Of a stretch of 64,000 nt of DNA, positions 12,721 to 25,410 are shown one piece after another. The stretch is from Octopus bimaculoides (taxonomy: Eukaryota). Position numbers and translations under genes: made by a program. Numbering within the stretch: position 1 is the first letter of the stretch; each line of letters begins with the position of its first letter. The notes beneath the pieces are model-generated. The model worked only from the letters and a program-made list of their open reading frames with translations, did not search any database and had not been told where the DNA came from. The stretch lies in NCBI RefSeq assembly GCF_001194135.2, contig NC_068986.1:39580970-39644969 (forward strand). Reading direction: 5' to 3'.

Positions 12721-13599
12721 TTTACTTATTTAGGGCTTTTGATCCTGATGAAGCACAGGTCAACAATGACTATTCCTATCTCAAATTTTGTTGGATTTGA
12801 AATGTCATCAATTATTCATTTATTTATTTACTTGTTTCAGTCATTTGATTGCGGCCATACTGGAGTACCGCTTTAAAAGGTAATACTTGAAGAAATTCAC
12901 CCCAGCACTTATTTTTTCTAAGTCTATCAGTTTCTTTTGCCAAACCACTAAGTTACTGGGACATAAATACACCATTTCTTGGTAGGTGTATTGGCCCTAC
13001 ACAAACCCATTTTTACTTTTGAGAAGAGGTTGCCCATATTAATAGGGCCTCTACCTGTCCAGCCTGGAAAGCTGTACCAGAAGCTAGCACTCCACAGGCA
13101 TAGCTCTTGAGATACATAAACCACTATACTACAACAAAAACTAGACTTTGTGGTGGATAACAAAGAATGCCTACTTGGACAATCCAGCAAAATGTTTTGA
13201 TACCAGACATGTAAAGTAAAAGAATATTCTTGAGCAATAGTCTACAGTAAGATGGTGTGCTTCCACCCTAGAGATGGGGGTCTCAATATACACCATTCCT
13301 TAATGTCTACTTGCTAAGATGTTGGTAGGATAAGGACGGACTGAGCTTTTTATCACCTAGAAGTACCAGCCTAACTCCCTTTGATTTTTTTGTGATCTAG
13401 GGAACTGCAATCATAGACATGGAACATTTAAAGTGAAGTATCAAAATGATGAAAATTTGAAATACAATGTCCTTGATGAATAAGATTGTAGCATTTGGAG
13501 AACAATGTTGATTATGTGTTAAGCATGGTGGCAGACAATTTGAATCCTATACTAAATATATATATATATATATATTTGTATGTATGTATGTATATAAAA

Positions 13600-13602
13600 T
13601 AA

Positions 13603-13668
<66 letters not shown>

Positions 13669-13670
13669 AA
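13600..13670. repeat. (AAT)n microsatellite
   Basis: Seen directly. Confidence 0.95.
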
Positions 13671-13982
13671 TGATAATAAAGGATAAAAACTGTTAAAGAT
13701 TTTATCAGTGGCCAGCATATAATATAGACCTATGAATATATATATATACTACTGTTTACATATCACCAATCTTATGCATTTCACATCATCAAGGCAATAT
13801 CTGAATATATATATTACGTATATGACCTATGAATATATATATTATTATATGAATAATATATATATTATTGTTAACTGTTTATTAAAAAATACTAACCTTT
13901 CCTTGATAAATTCGTTTGTAGTTGTATTAAACAGTGTTACAATGCTAAAAAGATTTTTTAATCACTCAGTACACACACACAT

Positions 13983-15177
13983 GGAAATTGGGTTTGGGGT
14001 TTAAAATGGACCTGGATCTTAAAACAAATTGTAGTTTTTTGAAATTTATTAAAATACCCTACCGGTTTCAACAAATTTTGTTTTGTTTTTCAATGGCAAA
14101 TAAAAGATAAGCTAAAGATTTAAAAGAGACAGAATGCTCAGGAAAAAGTCTTATAGAGATAATATATGCTCAAAAATCAGATACTCAATAAGTTCCATAA
14201 CAAAAATTACATGAAGAAAATTCAAATGTTAAACAAGTCATATAGCAATGAAAATTGACGAAAGTTGAAATGCTTGATAAATTTTATAAGCAATGGCATA
14301 TGATAGAAATCTGAAAGGTAAACAGGTTTCATAGCAATAATTTATGCTAGTAATTAGACATGATAAAGATTTTAGAGTATAAGAAAAGAAAAAGTTTACA
14401 AGCTCTGTCATATTGTGTGAAGGAGAATTTTTCGTCATTTGCTCAACTCTCTCAAACATGAAACTTGAACTACATTTCAAACTGAAATTATTTTATATAT
14501 AGGTTTTAAGACTCGGCTTTGAGTTCTGATTGGCTACTTACTCAAAGATATCACTTCTTTTTTTCTGCTTGTGGCCCAGCATTCTGGTTGGATAGCAGCC
14601 TGGGGATATCATATCATGTATCAACCATTCAGGTTGTTTGCTTTTGTCCAATTGTAGATCAGTGCTCTGGTTAGTTGATTGTCTGCAGACATTATTCATT
14701 TATCAGATTTCCTGGTCACTTTTTCTATCTGACAAGTTGGCAGACCCCCTTAAGACGTTATTTGTTTTTCTGATGTCACAGTTGGCTGAATTTTCAATAA
14801 CATCACTTGAATTTTTCTTCTTTTTACCTCAGATCCTGGTTTTAAGGGGAAACAATCCAATTGGTCAATCCAGTTGGTGACATTAGTAAATAGTGTTGAA
14901 AAAGTATGACACAGTGATTTGAAGTTAAGGTTTCAAATCTCAAAGGGAGCCTCTTACCTCAAATTTTGATTTACTTTCATTATTTTTGTTGCTTCTTGTA
15001 GTTTAGTTGAGCTGAGTACACTATTTTCTCATTCTCTTGTGTTGTTATAAATTATGTAGTTTTAGTTTATACTCATAACAGGACATAATACAGTATTTTA
15101 CTAAAGTAAAAAAATTGAAAAAACTAAAATTTGTTTTAAGATCCAGGTACATTTTCAACACTCAGACCAATATTCCT
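13983..15177. mobile_element. About 1.2-kb non-coding element with about 65-bp terminal inverted repeats
   Basis: aaaatggacctggatcttaaaacaaattgtagtttt near 14003-14040 is the reverse complement of aaaactaaaatttgttttaagatccaggtacatttt near 15119-15155. Confidence 0.7.
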
Positions 15178-15207
15178 ATATATATATGTGTGTGTGTGTG
15201 TATTAAA

Positions 15208-15246
<39 letters not shown>

Positions 15247-16552
15247 NNNNNNNNNNNNNNNNNNNNNNNNNNNNNNNNNNNNNNNNNNNNNNNNNNNNNN
15301 NNNNNNNNNNNNNNNNNNNNNNNNNNNNNNNNNNNNNNNNNNNNNNNNNNNNNNNNNNNNNNNNNNNNNNNNNNNNNNNNNNNNNNNNNNNNNNNNNNNN
15401 AGGACAAGTAACACAAAGAACGACTCTTCATCAGTTGTTGGCTGTCTATCTATTCCTCATTTCGAGTATTCAACGACAATATGAGTCTTCGAAGACAGTT
15501 GCTCCCGTAACTTCTAAAATGAAATTTTGGATTTTATGGAGGGTCAAAGTAGGGAACAAAAACAAGGAAACTGAACGCAAACATGGAGGGTCATTAGACC
15601 AGAACAAGGGGAAAATAGCAAATGCTGAGAAATATTTTCTTTGAAAAGAGAAAAGATATAGAAGAAGAAGAAGAAGAAGAAGAAGAAGAAGAAGAAGAAG
15701 ATTGGGAAGTTAAATAATTGTTTATTATTAACAGCAAATTAATCATCATCACTTACAGCTGTTTCAGTTAATACTCAGTAAATCCTAAATTTATATCTAT
15801 ATGATCTGAGCATAATGGGTTCATTATAGCAGACTGCTATAATGAAGATATGCTCAGTCATATAAATATAAATTTAATATTTACTTAATATTTACTGAGT
15901 ATTGGTTATTAATTTGCTGTTAATAATAAACAATTATTAACTTCCCTATCTCCATTTTCTTTTTCTTCTTTTGAATGAATATAAATTATGTTTTTATATA
16001 TATACCTATTATTTTAAGGAAATTAATTCCCCCCAAATACTAGGTATTAAACCAGTATTTCATTGGATGAAACCATCCCTTCTAATCGAATATATGTATG
16101 TATATGTATATTATATGCACAAACATGCATTACGGTATGCATGTATAATGTACATTTATATTACACATGTATGCATGCATGTGCTTACATATATATTAAA
16201 GCATTCCTTCTCCCTCCTTACCTCTTTGCTCTCTTGCCATGCGTGCATCTATGTGCATATCTATGAGTGTGAAAGCAAGTATACATGCATGCATGTGCCT
16301 GTGAATGTTGGTGCATGTGCATGTGTTTGGAAGCATGTGTGTGCTTGCATGTGCATGTTATGAAGTAATGGCATATGTATCTTTGTTCAGTGGTTTATAT
16401 GTGCTCCCCCCCCGTCTCTATCTCTAACACTGATTATTATTATGAAACTAGCACTCCGTTGGTTAAAACAATGAAAATTCAAGTTAATCCGATCAATGGA
16501 ACATTCTGCTTGTGAAATTAATGCACAAGTACATAGACACATGTACCCTTAA

Positions 16553-16774
16553 CCCTTTTGTTACCATATTTATTTTGAGATGCTCTGTGTTTCTTTTAAT
16601 TAATTTTAGATATAACAAAGAATTTAATAAAATAACTCAGTTATCATTCAGCTAGTGTTAGAAACATGAATTGTAACTAAGGTTTGGTGGAAGATTTTAA
16701 TTCAAGACTTATAAAAACAAGACATTTGTACTACAGAGCCACAGCCAGTTTCAGCTGGGTTGGTATTGAAAAGG
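16553..16774. mobile_element. TTAA-type MITE inserted in a family B SINE
   Basis: TTAA duplicated at 16549-16552 and 16775-16778, imperfect TIRs cccttttgttacca / tggtattgaaaagg. The SINE sequence tgtacccTTAA-(cg)tagttctcagggag resumes across the insertion. Confidence 0.8.
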
Positions 16775-16834
16775 TTAATGCAGTTCTCAGGGAGATTCAG
16801 TATGACACGGAATGTGACAAGGATGGCCCTTTGA

Positions 16835-17915
16835 AAAGGTGGCAAGCTGGCAGAAATGTTAGTACGTCGGGTGAAATGCTTAGTGGTATTTTGTCTATCT
16901 TTACTCTCTGAGTTCAAATTCCGCTGAGGTCAACTTTGCCTTTCATCCTTTCAGGGTCAATAAATTAAGTACCATTTATGCACTGGGGTTGATGCAATCG
17001 ACTTAATACCTTTGTCTGTCCTTGTTTGTCCCCTCTATGTTTAGCCCCTTGTGGGCAATAAAGAAATAAGGCTGGGCCTTTGAAATACAAATACTACTCA
17101 TTTCTGTCAGTCGAGTGGACTGGAGCAATGTGAAATAAAGTGTCTTGCTTAAGGATACAATGTACCACCAGGTATTGAACTCATGACCTTACAAGCATGA
17201 GCTGCACTCCCTAATTACTAAACCACATGCTTTCATTATTAGTATTACTGTTGTTATTGTTCTTATTACTATTGGTAGTCTCATTAATCATGACTGAGAT
17301 GGCAGAATTGTTACTACCCCAGAAAAAATGTTTAGGGGTATTTTTACATTCTGGGTTCAAACCCTGCAGTGGTTGACTTTGCCTTTCATCCTTTTGGGGG
17401 TTGATAAAATAAGTACCAACTGAGCACCGGAATCAATGTAATCGACTAGCTCCTCTTTATAAATTTCAGGCTTTGTGCCTATAGTAGAAAGGATTATTAT
17501 TATTATTATTATTAAAGTGGCGAGCTGGCAGAATCGTTAGCACACAAGGCAAAATGCTTTGCGGTATTTCGTCTGTCTTCGTGTTCTGAGTTCAAATTCT
17601 GATGAGGTCTACTTTGCCTTTCATCCTTTTTGGGGTCGATTAAATAAGTACTAGTTACACACAGGAGTCAATGTAATCGACTTAATCCCTTCCCCCAAAT
17701 TTGAAGCCTTGTGCTTCCAGTAGAAAGGATTATTATTATTATTAGTGGCAAGCTGGTAGAATCATTGTGTGTTGGGCAAAATGCAAAGCAGTTAAAATTC
17801 TGCTGAGGCCAACTTTGCCTTTCTTCTTGATGAAATAAAGTAGCAGTCGAGTACTGAGATCAATGTAATTGACTTGTCCCCTCCCCTCAAAAGTGCTAAC
17901 CTTGAGGTAAAATTC
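16835..17915 (+). mobile_element. Cluster of four head-to-tail SINE family E copies
   Basis: Repeated tggcaagctggcagaa...tgagttcaaattc...ctttgcctttcatcc units near 16835, 17285, 17515 and 17745, separated by (ATT)n. Other copies lie at 52815-53025 (+), and 1995-2205 and 12215-12415 (-). Confidence 0.82.
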
Positions 17916-18007
17916 AAAAGAATTATTACTATTATTATTAATTTCACACTATGTATACACACTTTTTTCTATTCTGCGTACTTTATACTAACAGGGCCAC
18001 TGAACTG

Positions 18008-18047
<40 letters not shown>

Positions 18048-18225
18048 AAATACAAAAGAAAGAAATCCCATTTCCTTTCTCTCATATTTTTATAAACTCT
18101 ACAGACACGAAGGAATTCCTGAAGTAAATACAGTGGCATATACCTCCATACTGCTAATGACATCAGGTAGCTGAATACTGTGAATGGGCTTTAAATGGCA
18201 TACTACAAGATGTATACCCAAATAT

Positions 18226-18264
<39 letters not shown>

Positions 18265-18792
18265 ACTCACCCATCAAAGATGACGTATGAGTGTTCAGCT
18301 TTTGCCAAACGACCTGTACAAATGAATTGTTTATAGTGATCAAATGTTCGTGCTGCACACACACACACACATATATATAGTAAAATCATGTCAGCACTTA
18401 AGCAGGAATAATATTTTGATTTAAATATGAATAGGTATACCTAGACAGTCCCAGGTACTTTTGTAGGCTTTGATGGTGGGTGGTATTGAGCAGGCTGGTA
18501 ACAGACGGACAAAAAAAAAAACATTACTTCCAGGGGTGAGTAAATATAAGAAACCACTCCTCAGATAGAAGAAGTAAATTCTGATGTTAAAAGTACCTCA
18601 CTTTTATAGAAGGTATTAAATGGTTTTAGTTACATTGTGTTCTGTTATTAATCAGTAAGAATTCTTTAATGCAAGTGTCATCTATACAGTTGTCATTAGG
18701 GTGAGTGTGTACCTAATGTTTACTATCTACTGTATGTGGTTTTACATCTTACGTGTGATGTAATTATTGAATGTGCAAATACACAGTTGATA

Positions 18793-19168
18793 TCGTGGCA
18801 CTCCATCGGTTATGGTGACAAGGGTTGATCTGATCAATGGAACAGCCTGCTCGTGAAATTAACGTGCAAGTGGTTGAGCACTCCACGGACATGTGTACCC
18901 TTAACGTAGTTCTCAGGGAGATTCAGTGTGACACAGAGTGTGACAAGGCTGGCCCTTTGAATTACAGATACAACAGAAACAGGAAGTAAGTGAGAGAAAG
19001 TTGTGGTGAAAGAGTACAGCAGGGTTCGCCACCAACCCCTGCTGGAGCCTCATGGAGCTTTAGGTGTTTTCACTCAATAAGCACTCACAACGCCCAGTCT
19101 GGGAATTGAAACTGCGATCCTAGGACCGTGAGTCTGCTGTCCTAACCACTGGGCCACTGTACCTCCAC
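18793..19168 (-). mobile_element. SINE family B
   Basis: Reverse complement of 2832-3218, with direct repeat cacagttgata at 18782 and 19166. Confidence 0.88.
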
Positions 19169-19405
19169 AGTTGATACATATCGTGTCTGAAATGTGTATA
19201 CTACTTCCAATTATAAGACTGAGCTTTCAAAGTCCTCTCCGTGGCTGTATGGTTATAAAATTAGGTTCTCAAGCACATAGGCTTGAGTTCAGTGCCACTA
19301 CATGTCACCTTGGGGAAGTGTTTTCTATTACAGCCTTGGACCAACTAAAAACTTGTGAGTGGATTTGGTAGGTGGAAACTGAAAGAAACCTGTTACATCT
19401 GTCTA

Positions 19406-19438
<33 letters not shown>

Positions 19439-19703
19439 GTCTGTCTGTCTGCGCATATATATATCCTCATCATCATTGTTTAACATCTGCTTTCCATGGT
19501 GGTATGGGATGGACGGTTTGACATGGAGCTGGTCCAGGATACAATTGCCTGTTGTGGCATTGTTTCTATGGCTGGATGCCCTTCCTAACACCAGCTACTT
19601 AACAGTGTGTGCTGGGTGCCTTTTACATCCCACCAGCAGAAGTGCATTTACAGATCTCCAGTACAGGTGCTTTTTATGCGGCACTGGCATCTGAACGGAC
19701 AAG

Positions 19704-19744
<41 letters not shown>

Positions 19745-20854
19745 TTATATAAGGGTATTACTATACAAGAATGCCTCACACTAAGAGGGACTCTAAGGTC
19801 ATATCATATATATATATATATATATGTTTATGAGGCAATGAGGAAAACAAAACAGAGAGAGAAGGGCATGTTATAAAAAAGGTTATATTAGTTTAATGCT
19901 TAAGAAGACAAAAACGTTTTGCTGTTTTGGATAATAATCCTTCATCAAAAAACAAAAAAATGAGTGCCTTGCTGTCACATGATATTTTTAAATGAGTATC
20001 ATTTTCATACAAGCAGCATCATTAATTACCAATATTCTGTGAAAGGATGTCTGGCCATGGAGTAATAATACCTTGCTTAAAGAGTTGAGGGCTGGTGACA
20101 GGAAAAGCATCCAGCCTTAGAAAATCTATCTCAATAAACTCTGTGTGACCATAGAAAAGTGGACGTTAAAATGATGATGATGTTGATAATGATGATGTTG
20201 ATAATGATGATGTTGATAATGATGATGTTATACTTCAGTCTCTCTAGTTAGTGGTCTTGTAGTCCAAGCAGCAATCATTACTTTGATTCTGCTGTTATTA
20301 TTATTATTATTGAAGGTGCATGGCTCAGTGGTTAGAGCATTGGGATTTTAATTGTAAGGTTGAAAGTTCAATTCCCAGACTGGGCTGTGTGTTGTGCTCT
20401 TGAGCAAGACACTTTATTTCATGTTGCTCCAGTTCACTCAGCTGTAGAAATGAGTTGCAACAATACAGGTTCCAAGCTGTGTTAGCCTTTGCCTTTCCCT
20501 TGGATAACATTGGTGCAGTGGAGAGGGGAGGCTGGTATGCATGAACAACTGCTGGTCTTCCACAAACAACCTTGCCCAAACTTGAGTACCGGAGGCCAAT
20601 GTAATTAACTCACTCTCCTCAAAAACTGTTGGCCTTGTGCCAAAATTTGAAACCATTGTTCTTCTTATTCTTTCTCTCTCTCTCTCTCTTTGTGTGTGAG
20701 CACATTTCTCTTTATGTGCATGAAGAGTGGAAAAGTCTTTATGTCAATCATATTCAATAAACTGTACTGTCTCTCTCTCTTTCTCCCTCTCTTTCTTTCT
20801 CTCTCTCCCTCGCTTTCTTTCTAACTTTCTCTATCTGTATTCTTTAATTATTTT

Positions 20855-21245
20855 ATTTGTTTCAATCATTTGACTGCAGCCATGCTGAAGCACCACTTTT
20901 AGTTGAACAAATCGACCCCAGGACTTATTCTTTGTAAGCCAAGTACTTATTATATCGTTCTCTTTTTGTTGAGCTGCTAAGTTACAGGAACATAAACACA
21001 CTAACATCAGTTGTCAAGCAATGGTGGAGGGACAAACACAGACATACAAACATACACACACACACACACACACATATATATGATGGGCTTCTTTCAGTTT
21101 CCATTTACCAAATCCACTCACAAGGCTTTGGTCAGCCTGAAGCTATAGTAGAAGACACTTGGACAAGGAACCACATTGTCGGACTGAAATTGGAACCGTG
21201 TAGTTGGTAGGCAATCTACTTACTACACAGCCACTCCTGCGCCTA
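20855..21245 (-). mobile_element. SINE family A
   Basis: Reverse complement of 33576-33968. Further copies lie near 25630-26025, 27000-27356, 45530-46165, 51790-52100, 52385-52790 and 61135-61525 (-), and 40508-41760 (across a gap) and 55548-55835 (+). Fragments lie near 400-555, 1180-1295, 7310-7450, 12825-12980, 19230-19390, 53150-53275, 58560-58680 and 61690-61860. Confidence 0.85.
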
Positions 21246-21649
21246 TAAAGTCACTCCTGCATGCTATGAGCCACTCCTGAATCTATGTATGTGTATATTT
21301 TTGTGTGTTCATGTGTGTGCATATTTACTTCCAGTGCCAAAATGTACAGTTGTCAAAACAGGTTCTGTGTTCAGTCAACTGTGCCAAATCGCCAGTGTCC
21401 AAACAGTCACACCCAATCATCAGACTCCATCTGTAACTGCACAATTTATATTTTCACCTTCTACACAATTGTTTTGTTATACTCTAATCTAGAATGTCTC
21501 ATTTTACACTCTAGTATGCACACTTATTTTATATTGCAAGCCTAAAAGCAATAAATGTGAGGCACCTTGGAGTGGTATGATCTGTAAAGCATCCTAGGTA
21601 TATGTGGCAGACAGAACTTGAAAACCCATATGGATGTATGCGTGTGTGC

Positions 21650-21682
<33 letters not shown>

Positions 21683-21991
21683 AAAATATGCTAGACCACT
21701 GGTTCAAATTGATTAATATCAATTTCTACCCTCATAAATAAATTTANNNNNNNNNNNNNNNNNNNNNNNNNNNNNNNNNNNNNNNNNNNNNNNNNNNNNN
21801 NNNNNNNNNNNNNNNNNNNNNNNNNNNNNNNNNNNNNNNNNNNNNNNNNNNNNNNNNNNNNNNNNNNNNNNNNNNNNNNNNNNNNNNNNNNNNNNNNNNN
21901 NNNNNNNNNNNNNNNNNNNNNNNNNNNNNNNNNNNNNNNNNNNNNNNNNNNNNNNNNNNNNNNNNNNNNNNNNNNNNNNNNNNNNNNNNNN

Positions 21992-22023
<32 letters not shown>

Positions 22024-22619
22024 AGGGTGAATGGCCTAGTGGTTAGGGTGTTTCACTCATGATTGCTAGATTGTGATTTCAATTCCTAGATTGGGTGATG
22101 CGCTGTATTCTTGAGCAAAACGCTTCATCTCACCTTGCTCTGTAAACACTTCAACACTTGACGCGTGGTACAAAGTGCACTTGTTCAGATAACGTTGATT
22201 TGTTGGGGAGAGTGAGCTAATGTGTAGCACAAGCATTTGATCACTATAAACAAATCATTTGTGCAGGTCATTTGGCAAAAGCTGTCATCTTTGATGAGAG
22301 AGTTCATCATGTATGTGTGTGTGTGTATTTGCCTATATATATGTGTGCATGTATGTGTTGGCTTGTTTGTTTAAATTTGTGGTCATTTGTATGAAAATTA
22401 CACCAAGCGGTATTGCTGTCATCTGTTTCCCTTGTTAAAACTTCATGCAATCATTTTGTGTCTTTCAAAGATGTGTAGATTAAGAGATCCCTTATTTGAA
22501 AAGCGAGTAAGGATTAGTGTTAGGAAGGGCATCCAGCCTAAAAAACAATATCTCAAGTAACATATTCGTCCACCACCTGTAGGCATGGAAAAACATATGT
22601 AAAAACAAGCAGAATGAAA

Positions 22620-22841
22620 GTAATGTATAGAAACATGTGTGTGTGCACATATTTGTGTATGTTTACATATACATACACACACATATATACACATACATAC
22701 ATACACAGGATCACATACATATGCACATAGACATACATACATATACATACATACATACATATATATCTGTGGTATATGTGTTGTCTGCATTTTGTATGTG
22801 TGTATGTAAAGAAGCAGCTAACACTACAGATGGGAAATATT

Positions 22842-22903
<62 letters not shown>

Positions 22904-23200
22904 CACACACACACACATATATGCAAACACACACACACACACATGAACACACATAAACATACATACATGTGTGTGTATACATATATATATATATATGTAT
23001 GTATGTATACATAAAATATATATATGTATATGTATGTATGTATATAGAATATATATCCATATGCATATACACGTGTGTATGTATATGGATACACAGACAC
23101 ACATGCACACATACACATATATATCTATATATAAATATATATCCATATCTGTGGTGTATGTGTTATCTCTGTTTTGTGTGTGTGTGTGTCAGTGTGTATG
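22620..23200. repeat. Compound (TA)/(CA)/(TACA) microsatellite field
   Basis: Seen directly. Confidence 0.9.
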
Positions 23201-23320
23201 TAAAGAAGCAACTAACACTACAGATAGAGGACACATGCTGCAAATAGAGCATGAATAATGTAATATTGAGGGACAAAGTATAACTATAGGTATGACAAGA
23301 GGAAGTAAAGAAAGACTCAC

Positions 23321-23490
23321 TTGGTGAATCGTCCAGTTGAAGTGTGCAGGTGATACGCTGGAATCCGACTTGAGGCACAAAAGCAAAAGTGGAGGAAGAA
23401 ATTGTTCAATTGTAGGCGGATAAGTTTACAAAATGTGTATGTTACAGAAGAACAAACTAAACCCTGCTGTTTCTTATGGAAAGTTGTAAC
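23321..23490 (-). other. Candidate exon (coding status unclear)
   Basis: gtgcatgttgttctgcag acceptor and AA|gtgagt donor bracket a 170-nt unique segment with several CpGs. One frame is open. Confidence 0.3.
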
Positions 23491-24462
23491 CTGCAGAACA
23501 ACATGCACAATATATATGTGTGTGTGTACATATGTGTGTGTGTACATATGTGTGTGTGTACAAACTTGTATATTTGTATAAATGTTTACATACATGTGCA
23601 TGTGTATATATGTATATATACATAGAATAAAAGTATGTGACAGGAAAAACAGAAAATAGGACAAAGAAAACACAGCAGGGACAGGAATATATATATATGT
23701 TTTCATTCATCAGTTGTTCATTGAAGTACTGCAGCTTTGGTACATTAACAACATGATTGTTCACTTCAGGGTGTCAGTAGACTTAACAGTAATTATATNN
23801 NNNNNNNNNNNNNNNNNNNNNNNNNNNNNNNNNNNNNNNNNNNNNNNNNNNNNNNNNNNNNNNNNNNNNNNNNNNNNNNNNNNNNNNNNNNNNNNNNNNN
23901 NNNNNNNNNNNNNNNNNNNNNNNNNNNNNNNNNNNNNNNNNNNNNNNNNNNNNNNNNNNNNNNNNNNNNNNNNNNNNNNNNNNNNNNNNNNNNNNNNNNN
24001 NNNNNNNNNNNNNNNNNNNNNNNNNNNNNNNNNNNNNNNNNNNNNNNNNNNNNNNNNNNNNNNNNNNNNNNNNNNNNNNNNNNNNNNNNNNNNNNNNNNN
24101 NNNNNNNNNNNNNNNNNNNNNNNNNNNNNNNNNNNNNNNNNNNNNNNNNNNNNNNNNNNNNNNNNNNNNNNNNNNNNNNNNNNNNNNNNNNNNNNNNNNN
24201 NNNNNNNNNNNNNNNNNNNNNNNNNNNNNNNNNNNNNNNNNNNNNNNNNNNNNNNNNNNNNNNNNNNNNNNNNNNNNNNNNNNNNNNNNNNNNNNNNNNN
24301 NNNNNNNNNNNNNNNNNNNNNNNNNNNNNNNNNNNNNNNNNNNNNNNNNNNNNNNNNNNNNNNNNNNNNNNNNNNNNNNNNNNNNNNNNNNNNNNNNNNN
24401 NNNNNNNNNNNNNNNNNNNNNNNNNNNNNNATATACATACATAAACACTCATACATACATAC

Positions 24463-24498
<36 letters not shown>

Positions 24499-25169
24499 TC
24501 ATACATGTGAAATATTCATATCCTTTTCATCTTCCTTGATTTTGAATTCGAAATTCTAATCTGGTCTCATGTTGCAAAGAGATAGTTACTTTGCTTGGTA
24601 TTAATGGCCATTTAGAGGGCACCATGCATGTTTGAAGAACTTTAGTTGAAGTTTTGTGAAAATCCATTTTAATGTCGGATGTTGGTCAGAGCATGTGTGT
24701 TTATGAATGTAAGCCTGTTTGACTATGTGAAGGACATAGAAGATAACAGCCAAAATATTCAGTGAAGGCTTATAAAATCATTTGTAGTTAATGTTGTAAC
24801 AATTGGCTGCTGGAAGATTCTTTCACAAGGTAGATGCTCACTGAAAACTGTTAATATTCTGTATATAAACACTATGAATGTTTTCCTTGTCTCTCAATTA
24901 CTAAACCATTCTATGAAGAAAACACACACACACACACATACACACACAGAGGAAAAATGCAGGGAATATTACATGAATTCCCTCCAGGCTGTAATTAACT
25001 TGCATTTAATTTCACTGTAATGTTGCTCTTCATAATATATCTAACAGAGTTAGAGGTTAAATCATACTGAAGATTCCTAAAAGGGATGAAATAGTACAAT
25101 ATACATGATTATCACTAACTAGAAATAGTAGGAACAAAAAAAAAAAATACATATATATACATATGAACT

Positions 25170-25410
25170 CTTTGTATCCTTTTCATACTCCTTGCTTTTG
25201 AATTTAGATTTCTAATCCTACCTTTCACTGTGAAGAGTTAATCACTTCCCTTTGTATCTATGGCTATCCAGAGAAAACCATGCATATATTAAAGAGCATA
25301 GGCTTGAAACATCAAAGACTTTTTCCATTCTTCTCAAGCATTAAACTAATACACCTGCTTGTTGTTCCTTCACTTGTTTTTGTCTTTTGTTTTCTGTAAA
25401 TTTGAACAAT
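25170..25410 (+). mobile_element. (TA)n-flanked short repeat carrying a degenerate family-2 hammerhead
   Basis: aagagcataggcttgaaacatcaaagact...ccattctt (25291-25330) matches the 63.5 kb copy, but the first half of the core is degenerate. Confidence 0.55.
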
